A stretch of DNA of 64,000 nucleotides. Origin: Alphaproteobacteria bacterium (GTDB taxonomy: Bacteria; Pseudomonadota; Alphaproteobacteria; MPNO01). Each line of letters starts with the position of its first letter. Positions within the stretch are counted from its first letter, which is position 1. A program made the translations under genes and the position numbers. The stretch spans positions 576,001 to 640,000 of the forward strand of contig CBDFLJ010000002.1 in NCBI GenBank assembly GCA_965248835.1. Reading direction: 5' to 3'. The notes beneath the pieces are model-generated. The model made no database searches. It worked only from the letters and a program-made list of their open reading frames with translations, and was not told the DNA's origin. Shown one piece after another: positions 33,380-42,658 of the stretch.

Positions 33380-34732
33380 ATGGCGGAACCGCGGTCCGAG
33401 ATGAAGCTCGGGATGTTCTACTGGCCGTGCGGGCACCATATCGCGGCCTGGCGGCATCCCGACGGCGTCGCCGATTCGGGAGCGAACCTGGCGCACCTCA
33501 TCGACATCGCCCGGCTCGCCGAGCGCGGTCTGTTCGACATGTTCTTCATGGCCGACTCGGTGTCGTTCTGGCGCGGCTCGCTGGAGTCGATGAGCCATGA
33601 TTCCTACGGCACCTGGATCGAGCCGTTCACGCTGATGTGCGCGCTCGCCCAGCACACCACCCATCTCGGCCTCGTCTGCACGTCGACCACGACCTACGAC
33701 CAGCCCTACCTGCTCGCGCGGCGGTTCGCCTCGCTGGACCTGGTCAGCGGCGGGCGCGCGGGCTGGAACCTGGTGACCTCGGCCAACCGGTCCGAGGCCG
33801 ACAGCTTCGGCCTCGCCGAGCATGTCGAGAAATCCGAACGCTACCGCCGGGCGCGCGAATTCGCCCAAGTCGTTCGCGGGCTGTGGAATTCCTGGGGCCA
33901 GGACGCCTTCGTCCGGGACCAGGAGGCGGGGATCTATTTCGATCCGGACGCGCTCCATGTGATGGAGCATGTCGGCGAATTCTTCCGGGTGCGCGGCCCG
34001 CTCAACGCGCCCCCCTCGGCCCAGGGCGAGCCGGTCCTGGTCCAGGCCGGCGCGTCGGACGACGGACGCGAGCTGGCCGCGGAAACCGCCGAAGTGATCT
34101 TCGGTGCCCAGCAGACGCTCGCCGGCGCGCAGGCGTTCTACGCCGACGTGAAGGGCCGCATGGCCGCCTATGGCCGCGATCCCGACGGCCTCAAGATCAT
34201 GCCCGGGCTCCTGGTCTGCCTCGGGCGCAGCCACGATGAGGCCGTCGACAGCTACGAGGCGCTCCAGGATCTGATCGATCCCCTGACCGGGCTGCAGCTT
34301 CTGTCCAAGCGGCTGGACTACGACCTGTCGGGCTATCCGATCGACGGCCCGCTGCCGGACATTCCGCTCAACGCGACCGCCTCGACCCGGGTGGAGCTGT
34401 TCGTCGAGATCGCGCGCCGGGAGAAGCTGACGATCCGCGACCTCTACCGCCGCGTCGCCGGCGCGCGCGGCCATTACGAGATCATCGGAACGCCGGTCGA
34501 GGTCGCCGACATGATGGAGGAGTGGGTCACCGGCGCGGCGTGCGACGGTTTCAACATCATGCCGCCGGTCTTCCCGTCGGGCCTGCAGGATTTCGTCGAC
34601 CTGGTGGTTCCCGAACTCCAGCGCCGCGGGCTCTATCGAACGGCGTATGCGGGCACGACGCTGCGCGAGAATCTCGGCCTCGTCCGCCCGCCCTGGCCGG
34701 GCGCGCGCACGCGCGGTCAGGAGCACCGCTAG
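33380..34732 (+). CDS. NtaA/SnaA/DszA-family FMN-dependent monooxygenase
   Basis: AERGLFDMFFMAD, EPFTL, SLDLVSGGRAGWNLVTS, QAGASDDG, VPELQRRG, TLRENLGL. Confidence 0.92.
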   Translation: MAEPRSEMKLGMFYWPCGHHIAAWRHPDGVADSGANLAHLIDIARLAERGLFDMFFMADSVSFWRGSLESMSHDSYGTWIEPFTLMCALAQHTTHLGLVCTSTTTYDQPYLLARRFASLDLVSGGRAGWNLVTSANRSEADSFGLAEHVEKSERYRRAREFAQVVRGLWNSWGQDAFVRDQEAGIYFDPDALHVMEHVGEFFRVRGPLNAPPSAQGEPVLVQAGASDDGRELAAETAEVIFGAQQTLAGAQAFYADVKGRMAAYGRDPDGLKIMPGLLVCLGRSHDEAVDSYEALQDLIDPLTGLQLLSKRLDYDLSGYPIDGPLPDIPLNATASTRVELFVEIARREKLTIRDLYRRVAGARGHYEIIGTPVEVADMMEEWVTGAACDGFNIMPPVFPSGLQDFVDLVVPELQRRGLYRTAYAGTTLRENLGLVRPPWPGARTRGQEHR

Positions 34733-35754
34733 GACGATGCGGTCGAATCCGGCGGCCGTGCGGGGACCAGGCGCCGCTGGACCGGGAAGAGATGGACGTC
34801 GAAGCGGGCCACCACCAGGCCCCAGATCCCCTTGGGCGCCTTGAGCATGACGACCACTGCGGTCGCCCCCAGGAGGATCAGGTACCAGGCCCCATACGGC
34901 GCCAGCGGCTCGCGCAGCAGGAAGAAGATCGCGGTGCCGAGGATCGGGCCTTCGATCGAGCCGATGCCGCCGATGACGACGATGAAGATGATCGTCGTCG
35001 TCCAGTTGATGTCGAAGGCCGCGCTCGGACTGATGCGGATCTTGGTCAGGTAGATCAGGGCGCCGATGGCCGAAGTCCCGAAGGCGGCCAGGACGTAGAC
35101 CAGGAGCTTGGCGCGGAAATTGTCGACGCCGAGGCTGCGCGAGGCCTCCTCGGAATCGCGGATGGCGGTGAGCGCAAGACCGTGCCGGGACCGCAGCAGG
35201 AGATAGACCGCCGCGATCACGGCCACGATCACCGCCAGCGCCACCCAGTAGATCACCGTATCGCGGGCGGCGCGCGAGGCCGCGATCGACTTGATGGCGG
35301 CGATCGGCAGGCTCATGCCCGAACCGCCGCCCATGACCTTGACCTGGGCGAAGCCGAGAAGGAAGACCTCCGCGACCACCCAGGTCCCGATGGCGAAATA
35401 ATGTCCGCGCAGCCGGAAGACCACGAAGGCGATCGGCAGCGAGACCACGGCCCCGATGACGCCGGCCAGCGGCACCGTCCACAGCGCGCCCACGTCGGCG
35501 AAGATCACAAGCATGAACAGGAGATACCCGCCGAGCCCGACGAAGGCCTGCTGTCCGACCGAGACCAGCCCGCCATACCCGGCGAGCAGGTTCCAGAGCT
35601 GGGCAAGCGCAAGGATGTAGAAGATCTCGACCAGCAGACGCATCAGCGCCCGGTCGCCCCAATAGGGCAGCGAGACCAGGACGACCAGGGCCACCAGGCC
35701 GAAGGCCGCGCCGGCCCGGCTTGTCCGCGTCGACCGCTGGACCCGGCTAGTCAT
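34729..35754 (-). CDS. Liv-type ABC permease (LivM-like)
   Basis: WNLLAGYGGLVSVGQQAF, LRGHYFAIGT, AIRDSEEA. Confidence 0.9.
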   Translation of the reverse strand: MTSRVQRSTRTSRAGAAFGLVALVVLVSLPYWGDRALMRLLVEIFYILALAQLWNLLAGYGGLVSVGQQAFVGLGGYLLFMLVIFADVGALWTVPLAGVIGAVVSLPIAFVVFRLRGHYFAIGTWVVAEVFLLGFAQVKVMGGGSGMSLPIAAIKSIAASRAARDTVIYWVALAVIVAVIAAVYLLLRSRHGLALTAIRDSEEASRSLGVDNFRAKLLVYVLAAFGTSAIGALIYLTKIRISPSAAFDINWTTTIIFIVVIGGIGSIEGPILGTAIFFLLREPLAPYGAWYLILLGATAVVVMLKAPKGIWGLVVARFDVHLFPVQRRLVPARPPDSTASS

Positions 35755-36619
35755 CGCGCGTCCTCGGGAACAGCCCGTTGGGCCGCAGCACAAGGACCGC
35801 GAGGAAGGCGATATGGCCGGCGAGGATCTGCCAGCCGGGATCGATCTTCGCGCCGACGTTCTGGGCGACGCCGAGGATCACCCCGCCGGCCAGCGTGCCC
35901 CAGATCGAGCCCAGCCCGCCGATGATCACCGCCTCGAATGCGAACAGCAGCCGCGACGGCCCGAGCGAGGGGTCGAAATTGCTGCGGATGCCGAGGAAGA
36001 TCCCGGCGATGCCGACCAGGACGAGCGCCACCGCCATGGCCAAGCCGTAGATGTGCCGGTGATCGATCCCCATGAGCTGGGCGGTGCTTGCATCGTCCGA
36101 GGTCGCGCGGAACGCACGGCCGAGGCGGGTGCGGCCGAAGGCGAGCTGCAATCCGGTGATCAGGATGACCGCGACGATGAAGACGATCAGCGGCATGACG
36201 CCGATCTCCAACCCCTCGGCGAGGCGCAGGCTCACGGTCTCGACGGCGCCGGCCTTGAGACGCTGGGAGTCGGCGGAAAACATCTCCAGCAGCACGTTCT
36301 GGATGACGATCGAGATCCCGAAGGTGACCAGCAGCGGCGGCAGCAGGTCGTTGCCCAGGGTGAAGTTGAGGATCCCGCGCTGGAGCAAGTAGCCGAAGAC
36401 GAACATGAACGGCAGCACGGCGATCATCGAAAGGAACGGGTCCACACCCGTGGTCTCGATGATCACCATGGCGACGAACGCGGCCAGCACGATCAAATCG
36501 CCATGCGAGATGTTCACCAGGCGCATGACGCCGAAGATGATCGCCAGCCCGGCGGCGAACAGGGCATAGAGCCCGCCCGTCAGGACGCCTTGAACGATGG
36601 TGTTGACCCACTCGATCAT
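35747..36619 (-). CDS. Liv-type ABC permease (LivH-like)
   Basis: GLYALFAAGL.IIFGVMRLVNISHGD, GRAFRATSDD. Confidence 0.9.
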   Translation of the reverse strand: MIEWVNTIVQGVLTGGLYALFAAGLAIIFGVMRLVNISHGDLIVLAAFVAMVIIETTGVDPFLSMIAVLPFMFVFGYLLQRGILNFTLGNDLLPPLLVTFGISIVIQNVLLEMFSADSQRLKAGAVETVSLRLAEGLEIGVMPLIVFIVAVILITGLQLAFGRTRLGRAFRATSDDASTAQLMGIDHRHIYGLAMAVALVLVGIAGIFLGIRSNFDPSLGPSRLLFAFEAVIIGGLGSIWGTLAGGVILGVAQNVGAKIDPGWQILAGHIAFLAVLVLRPNGLFPRTRDD

Positions 36620-36621
36620 GC

Positions 36622-37320
36622 TCAGCTGCCGAAATAGGCCGCCGCGATCTGCTCGCGGGTCAGCGTGTCGGGCGGTCCGCTGAGCGAGATCCGCCCCTCC
36701 TGCAGGCAGTGGACGGTATCGGCGATGGCGAGCGCCCGATGGATATCCTGCTCGACGACCACCACCGAAACCCCCTCGGCGATGATCCTGGGCAGAACGT
36801 CATAGATCTCCTTGACCACGATGGGTGCCAGGCCCAGCGACAGCTCGTCGAACAGGATCAGGTCCGGGTTGGCCATCAGCGCGCGTCCGATCGCCGCCAT
36901 CTGCTGCTCGCCGCCGCTGAGCGCGGTGCCGGGGACCGAGCGGCGCGCAAGCAGCGCCGGGAACAGCGCGTACACCCGCTCCAGCGTCCAGTCCCCAGGC
37001 CGCCGGCTGTAGCCGCCGATCAGCAGGTTTTCTTCCACCGACAGGCTGGGGAACAGGCGGCGGCCTTCGGGGACCATCGCGATGCCCATGTCGACAATCT
37101 CGCACGCCGCCAGGCCCTGGATAGACCGCCCGCGGTAGGAGACCGCATTGCCGGTGGCAGCGACCAGGCCGGTGATGGCGCGCAGCAGCGTCGTCTTGCC
37201 GGCGCCGTTGGCGCCGATCACCGCCACCGTCTCGTGCTCGGCCAACACCAGATCGATGCCGAACAGCGCCTGGAAATCGCCGTAGAACGCGTTCAGGCCG
37301 CGGATCTCCAAGAGGCTCAT
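36622..37320 (-). CDS. Liv-type ABC ATPase (LivF-like)
   Basis: GANGAGKTT, PEGRRLFPSL, LSGGEQQM. Confidence 0.9.
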   Translation of the reverse strand: MSLLEIRGLNAFYGDFQALFGIDLVLAEHETVAVIGANGAGKTTLLRAITGLVAATGNAVSYRGRSIQGLAACEIVDMGIAMVPEGRRLFPSLSVEENLLIGGYSRRPGDWTLERVYALFPALLARRSVPGTALSGGEQQMAAIGRALMANPDLILFDELSLGLAPIVVKEIYDVLPRIIAEGVSVVVVEQDIHRALAIADTVHCLQEGRISLSGPPDTLTREQIAAAYFGS

Positions 37321-38042
37321 TCGACCGCGATCCCCATATAGACCTCGCGCACCGCCGGGCTGTCGAGGACCGCCCGCGGATCCCCGTCTTCGAGCTTGCT
37401 GCCGAAGTTGATGACGATCAGCCGATCGATCACCGATAGCAGCGCATGGACGATGTGCTCGACCCAGACTATCGAAACGCCCTGTGCGCGGATGCCGCCG
37501 ATGGTTTCGATCAACTGCCTGATCTCGTGCTCGGTGAGCCCGCCGGCGATCTCGTCGAGCAGCAGCACAAGCGGACGAGTCGCCAGCGCTCGGGCAAGCT
37601 CCAGGCGCTTGCGCTCGAGCAGGGTGAGGGCGCCGGCCGGCACATTGGCCTTGCCGATCAGCCCGACTTGTTCGAGGATCTCGGCGCACCGCTGGTAGGT
37701 CCTGGCTTCCGGCTGTTGCCCGCCGAACACCGCGCCGACCAGCAGGTTCTCGAACACCGTCATGCCGGCGAGCGGGTGGGGGATCTGGTAGGACCGCCCG
37801 ATGCCCGCGCGGCAGCGCAGGTGCGCCGGCATCCCCGTGACGTCTTGGCCGGCGAAAACGATCCGGCCGCCGTCGGGCTGCAGGCTTCCGGTGACCAGGT
37901 TGAACAGCGTGCTCTTGCCGGCGCCGTTGGGCCCGATGATCCCCAGCGCCTCGCCTTCGGCGAGGTCCATGTCGAAGTCCTCGATCACCCGCAGCGAGCC
38001 GAAGCTCTTGAACAGGCCGTTGACCGACAGGATCGGGTTCAT
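37317..38042 (-). CDS. Liv-type ABC ATPase (LivG-like)
   Basis: GPNGAGKST, GRSYQIP, LLDEIAGG. Confidence 0.9.
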   Translation of the reverse strand: MNPILSVNGLFKSFGSLRVIEDFDMDLAEGEALGIIGPNGAGKSTLFNLVTGSLQPDGGRIVFAGQDVTGMPAHLRCRAGIGRSYQIPHPLAGMTVFENLLVGAVFGGQQPEARTYQRCAEILEQVGLIGKANVPAGALTLLERKRLELARALATRPLVLLLDEIAGGLTEHEIRQLIETIGGIRAQGVSIVWVEHIVHALLSVIDRLIVINFGSKLEDGDPRAVLDSPAVREVYMGIAVE

Positions 38043-38103
38043 CGAGGTTCCCGGGGAGCGTCCGGCGCCCGCGCGGGCGCCGGACGGTTCGATCGCCGGG
38101 CGC

Positions 38104-39426
38104 TCAGCTCAGCGGGTCGAGGCCGCCGCCGACCGGGATGTTCGTCGCGCGCCGGTTGTCGACGACGATCAGGTCGTACTTGAATTTCTTGCCGCGCTTC
38201 CACTGGCCGCCGACGAGCGGCGTGCGGCAAGCGTTCTTGACCGGGTTGCGGTGGTCGCCGAATTTCCACGAGACCGGGCCGACGATCGATTCGTAGTCGG
38301 TGTTCTCGATCGCGTTCAGGATCGCCTCCGGATCGCCCGGATCGCCGCAGCGCTTCAGCACGTCGATCGCCACCTCGATGTTGGCGTGCTTGAAGCCCAG
38401 CGGCTGGGTCCATTGTTTGCCGGTGCGTGCGGTATAGGCCGCCGCGAAATCCGCCGAGCTGGTGCCTGTCAGGTTCGATTTGAACGGGTGCGCCGGCGAC
38501 CACCAGACCTCGGTGGTCAGCCCCGCGCCGCGCTCGCCCAACGCCTCGATCGCCGGCGGGAACAACAGCGCCTTGCCGATCGTGGCGGCCTTGAGCTGCT
38601 TGGTCAGGCCCTGCTGAGCGGCTTGCGTCCAGAAGGTCGAGAAATCCGGCGGTGTCGCGACGCCGGTCAGGATGTGGACATCCTGCTTCTTGAACTCGGT
38701 AATCTGGGCGGTGAAGTCGTTGGTGCCCGGCTGGAACAGCGACGGCTGGTAATAGCCGAACCCGCCGCCTTCGATCGGCGGCCGGAAGCCGCGCTTGGGA
38801 TCGCCCGCCACGACGCCGTCGGAGTCGTTGACCATCAGGCTGCCGACCTTCTTGTTGGTGCCCAGCGCATTCCACATGTCCATGAACACGCCGATCATGT
38901 CGTCGATGCCCCAGAAGAAGTGGTAGGTCCACTTGAAGCCCTTGTCCGGGGTTGCGCCGCGGCCGAAATAGACGATCTGCCAGGGCGTATCGGCGGTCAC
39001 GCACGGCACCTCGTTGGCCTCGCACTGATCGGAGACCGGGTTGACCGTGTCGCCAGACGAGGAGCCGATCATCAGGTTGACCTCGTGCTTGAGGATGAGC
39101 TCGGCCGCGACCTCGGCCGCGCGGTTGGGGTTGGACTGGGAATCCCGGGCCAGGATCTCGACCGGATAGGTCCGCTTGCCGATCCTGATACCGCTGCCGA
39201 TCGCGGCCCGCGCATCGGCGAGCACGAACCGGTCGGCTTCGCCGAACGCCGCCAGCGGCCCGGATTGCGGGCTGACAAAGCCGATCTTCACCGACTTCGC
39301 GGCGTGGATCGCAGGCGCGGCGAAGCTCGATGAGGCGGCCGCGGCGATCACCCCGCCGCCATATTTGAGCGCGCGGCGGCGGCCGATTCCGGGCCGCTGC
39401 GATGGCCGCTTCGTGTGGGTCGTCAT
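38104..39426 (-). CDS. Liv-type ABC substrate-binding protein, Tat signal
   Basis: GRRRALK leader, KIGFVSPQSGPLAAFG, DSQSNPNRA. Confidence 0.9.
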   Translation of the reverse strand: MTTHTKRPSQRPGIGRRRALKYGGGVIAAAASSSFAAPAIHAAKSVKIGFVSPQSGPLAAFGEADRFVLADARAAIGSGIRIGKRTYPVEILARDSQSNPNRAAEVAAELILKHEVNLMIGSSSGDTVNPVSDQCEANEVPCVTADTPWQIVYFGRGATPDKGFKWTYHFFWGIDDMIGVFMDMWNALGTNKKVGSLMVNDSDGVVAGDPKRGFRPPIEGGGFGYYQPSLFQPGTNDFTAQITEFKKQDVHILTGVATPPDFSTFWTQAAQQGLTKQLKAATIGKALLFPPAIEALGERGAGLTTEVWWSPAHPFKSNLTGTSSADFAAAYTARTGKQWTQPLGFKHANIEVAIDVLKRCGDPGDPEAILNAIENTDYESIVGPVSWKFGDHRNPVKNACRTPLVGGQWKRGKKFKYDLIVVDNRRATNIPVGGGLDPLS

Positions 39427-39567
39427 GCTGATCTCTCCCTGTTCCGTGTTCGGCTCGCTGGCCGACGGGACAGCACGAGCGGTGTCCCTGTCACGACTTC
39501 GTGATCACACAATTCCTTAGCACGCGGCCCAATCGCGCGCCAACCCGACCGGCCGGAACGGCTGGGC

Positions 39568-40116
39568 TCAGGCGTCGACCGGCGCCGGGACCGGTTTGGA
39601 GTAGTCGACCGTGTTGGACTTGAGGTCGAACAGCCGCTGGTCCACCAGATCGAGGTCGGTGCCGGTCACCCGCACGAAGCGCGCGCCGTCGGGAAACTTG
39701 ATCGAATGGATGTCGCCCGGGTTGAAGGTGCCCGCCATGCCCGGGTCGAGCCGGTAGGTCTCCACCGGCTTGACGATGGGATCCCCGTCGCCCGAACCCC
39801 CGGTCTCCTTCCAGATCGTCATGTCGGTGTACGCGACCGACTGGCAATAGATCGCCCAGGACGGTCCATGGTCATGCGGCGGCGACTCCACGCCCTTGTC
39901 GTAGATATGCGCCAGGACGAGGAAGCCGAGCTCGGGATCCTCGTAGAGCCGGTGGAGGCCGCGCTCGGCATCGACGCCGCAATTGGCGGCAACGAAGTCG
40001 GCGTTGGCCACGAGCTTTTCCAGGTTGGCGCGGATGACCTCGCGCCCGGCGTCGCCGTCATCCGCGCGGATGGCCGCACGGCAATCCTCGCAAAACCGTT
40101 CCAGGGTGTAGGCCAT
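39568..40116 (-). CDS. Cupin with cysteine-dioxygenase-like 3-His motif
   Basis: SPPHDHG..WAIY...PGDIHSI; AGGAGG Shine-Dalgarno 6 nt upstream of ATG 40116. Confidence 0.72.
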   Translation of the reverse strand: MAYTLERFCEDCRAAIRADDGDAGREVIRANLEKLVANADFVAANCGVDAERGLHRLYEDPELGFLVLAHIYDKGVESPPHDHGPSWAIYCQSVAYTDMTIWKETGGSGDGDPIVKPVETYRLDPGMAGTFNPGDIHSIKFPDGARFVRVTGTDLDLVDQRLFDLKSNTVDYSKPVPAPVDA

Positions 40117-40240
40117 GGACATCCTCCTGTCGTTTCCCGAACCCTCGCCGGGCCAAGCGTGACACCGCCGCACGCAATCGGCAAGGCAGAAGACGCGAAC
40201 GGGTCTGCAACCGGCGACATTTCGATCGGGGTCAGTGGGG

Positions 40241-41458
40241 TCAATAGGGTGCGCCGCGGACCGCGAGCCCGAGATGGGCTTGCCCGTTCATCGCCGACAT
40301 CACGTCCCAGTTGAAGAACGCGTGGTGGGAGACCGCATGGGCGTCGCGCCACGCGCGCTGGACCGGTTCGGCGTGATGGATGCCGGCGGCACCCGCGGCG
40401 GCCCACAGGGCGTCCAGACCCTGCAAGGCGAGCTGGACGGCATAGGCCTGGACGACCCTGTTCTGGAGCCGTTCGCCGTCGCCGAGCCGCTCGCCGCGGT
40501 CGATGACGGCGCGCCGGGTCTCCTCGATCCGCGAGAACATCAGAGCCTTTGCCGCCATCAGCGCCGCCGCGGCGTGGCCGATGCGCATCTGTACGGCGGG
40601 AAATTCGTTGACCTTGGCCCCGCCGCCCGCGCCGCTGCCGCGGGTCCGCTGGTCGCCGAGCTGCTCGACATAGTGGTCGAGCGCGCCTTGCAGGCAGCCG
40701 ACCGCGGTCGCCGACAGGCCGTGCGCACCGAGCGAGAAGACGGGATAGCGCCCGAGATTGGTCGCGAAAGCCGCCTGTCCGGGCGTGTCGACCGAAGCGA
40801 AGATCTCCGCGGCGAGGCTGCGGTATTCCGGTACGAAGACGTCTTCGGCGACGACCGCATGGCTGCCGGTCGCTGCCAGCCCCATGGTGTCCCAGTCATC
40901 GACCTGACGGCAATCCGCCATCGGGACCACGACGAAGCCCGGGACGGCGCGCTCCCGGCCGCCGTCTGCGGGCGGCAGCATCGCGCCCAGCAGCGCGACA
41001 TCGGCGTAGTCGCAGCCGCTGGCATAGCGCCAGGTCCCGCTGATCCGGAAGCCGCCGGCGACGCGGATGCACGTCCCGCTCGGCGGGAACGAGGTGACGA
41101 CCATCTTGTCGGGTCCGTCGCGCCAGATCTCGTCCTGACAGGCCAGCGGGAACTGAGCGGCCATCCATTGATGGGAGATCGCGCAGCTCGCCACCCACCC
41201 AGTCGAGCCGCAGGCCGCCGAGAGCTCGAGGATCACCTTGACCGCGGTCTCCAGGTCGAGCTCGTAGCCGCCGAACCGCCGCGGCAGCAGGATGCGGAAA
41301 AACCCGCCGTCCCGGAGCGCCGCGTAGACATGCGCCGGGATCTTCCGCGCCTTCTCCGCGCCCGCGGCTTCGGCGCCGATCATCGGTGCCAGCCCTCGCG
41401 CCGCTTCGATCAGTGATGCACCGGCGGCAGGTTCCACAGCCGGTCCGCTTCCGGTCAT
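40241..41458 (-). CDS. Acyl-CoA dehydrogenase-fold flavin monooxygenase (HsaA/C2-HpaH-like)
   Basis: PRRFGG.E, CGSTGW, SGTWRYASGCD, DDWDTMGLAATGS, RAWRDAH...HH. Confidence 0.88.
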   Translation of the reverse strand: MTGSGPAVEPAAGASLIEAARGLAPMIGAEAAGAEKARKIPAHVYAALRDGGFFRILLPRRFGGYELDLETAVKVILELSAACGSTGWVASCAISHQWMAAQFPLACQDEIWRDGPDKMVVTSFPPSGTCIRVAGGFRISGTWRYASGCDYADVALLGAMLPPADGGRERAVPGFVVVPMADCRQVDDWDTMGLAATGSHAVVAEDVFVPEYRSLAAEIFASVDTPGQAAFATNLGRYPVFSLGAHGLSATAVGCLQGALDHYVEQLGDQRTRGSGAGGGAKVNEFPAVQMRIGHAAAALMAAKALMFSRIEETRRAVIDRGERLGDGERLQNRVVQAYAVQLALQGLDALWAAAGAAGIHHAEPVQRAWRDAHAVSHHAFFNWDVMSAMNGQAHLGLAVRGAPY

Positions 41459-41619
41459 TCGTTCATACTCCCCGCATCGATCGCTGCATGAAAGCTTGAC
41501 GAATTGCCGTCCGAAGGTCGAGGCGCCGCCTCGCGGGGACTGCTTGGAATCGCGCGGCCGGCATCGGGGAAAAATCCCCGCCCGCCCTCTTGAAATCCGC
41601 AACGCGTCGAATAAATAGG

Positions 41620-41668
41620 CACCAGCAGATTTGGCACTCTTTTACAGCGAGTGCCAAATCTGCTGGTG
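41620..41668 (+). promoter_or_regulatory. CIRCE operator (HrcA site) within a perfect 20-bp inverted repeat
   Basis: TTGGCACTC-N9-GAGTGCCAA at 41631-41657; arms extend to CACCAGCAGATTTGGCACTC / GAGTGCCAAATCTGCTGGTG; CTTGAA -35-like box at 41589. Confidence 0.92.
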
Positions 41669-41706
41669 AGGATGCGAGAACCTCAGGGAAGAAAGGAGAA
41701 AAAGAC

Positions 41707-42027
41707 ATGAAATTCAGGCCTTTGCACGACCGTCTTCTGGTTCGTCGCGTCGACGAGGACGAGAAGACGGCAGGCGGCATCATCATTCCCGACACGGCCA
41801 AGGAAAAGCCGATGCAAGCCGAGGTGCTGAGCGTCGGCCCCGGCGCGCGCAACGAGGATGGCGTGATCACGCCGCTCGACGTGAAGACCGGAGATCACAT
41901 TCTGCTCGGCAAATGGTCGGGGACCGAGGTCACGATCGACGGCGAGGAGCTGCTGATCATCAAGGAGTCCGACGTCATGGGCATCTTCGAGCAACCGCTC
42001 TCACGCAGCAGGCGGAAGGCTGCCTGA
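41707..42027 (+). CDS. groES: Co-chaperonin GroES
   Basis: [42 protein letters not shown]. Confidence 0.96.
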   Translation: MKFRPLHDRLLVRRVDEDEKTAGGIIIPDTAKEKPMQAEVLSVGPGARNEDGVITPLDVKTGDHILLGKWSGTEVTIDGEELLIIKESDVMGIFEQPLSRSRRKAA

Positions 42028-42108
42028 GGCGAACGCGGCGATGCGCCGGAACCCGGCCGACGGATTGAGGACCGCAACGCCAACATCGGCGCCGCATTCG
42101 AGGGCGCG

Positions 42109-42543
42109 ATGAATGCGACCCGGGCCGCGGTCGAGGAGGGGATCGTCGCCGCCGGCGGCGTCGCGCCGCTCCGGGGCGAGGCGGTCCTGAATTCGTTCAA
42201 GCCGGCCAATGACGACCAGAAGGCGGGCATCGAAATCGTCCGCCGCGCGATCCGCTCGCCGGCCTGGCTGATCGCCGAGAATGCCGGCGTCGAGGGTGCC
42301 ATCGTCGTCGGCAAGATCCGCGATCGCAAAGAGCCCAACTGGGGCTACGACGCCCAGGACGGCCGGTACAAGGACCTGGTCGGCGCCGGGATCATCGATC
42401 CGATCAAGGTGGTCCGCACGGCGTTGCAGGATGCCGCCTCCGTCGCGGGTCTTCTGATCACCACCGAGGCCATGGTCGCGGAGAAGCCGGAGAAGAAAGC
42501 GCCGGCTCCCGCGGCGCCCGATATGGGCGGCATGGACTTCTGA
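42109..42543 (+). pseudogene. groEL: GroEL C-terminal fragment only (about the last 145 aa)
   Basis: [54 protein letters not shown]; about 400 N-terminal residues absent. Confidence 0.85.
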
Positions 42544-42658
42544 CCCGACCGACCGCCGGCGGGTTGCCGTCATAGCGTGAGACGGCAGCTCGCCGGTGGA
42601 CGCCCAACGCCTCCGCGCCGTCATCGGTGTTGGCCGAGGCCCCGCGCGATCGGATCGC

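Noticed and set aside
32615-35662. Very long antisense or alternate-frame ORFs (32615-35662, 21010-23430, 29110-31257, 44405-46531, 6525-8591)
   Set aside because: They shadow well-supported genes, have no motifs, and are expected from stop-codon scarcity at high GC.
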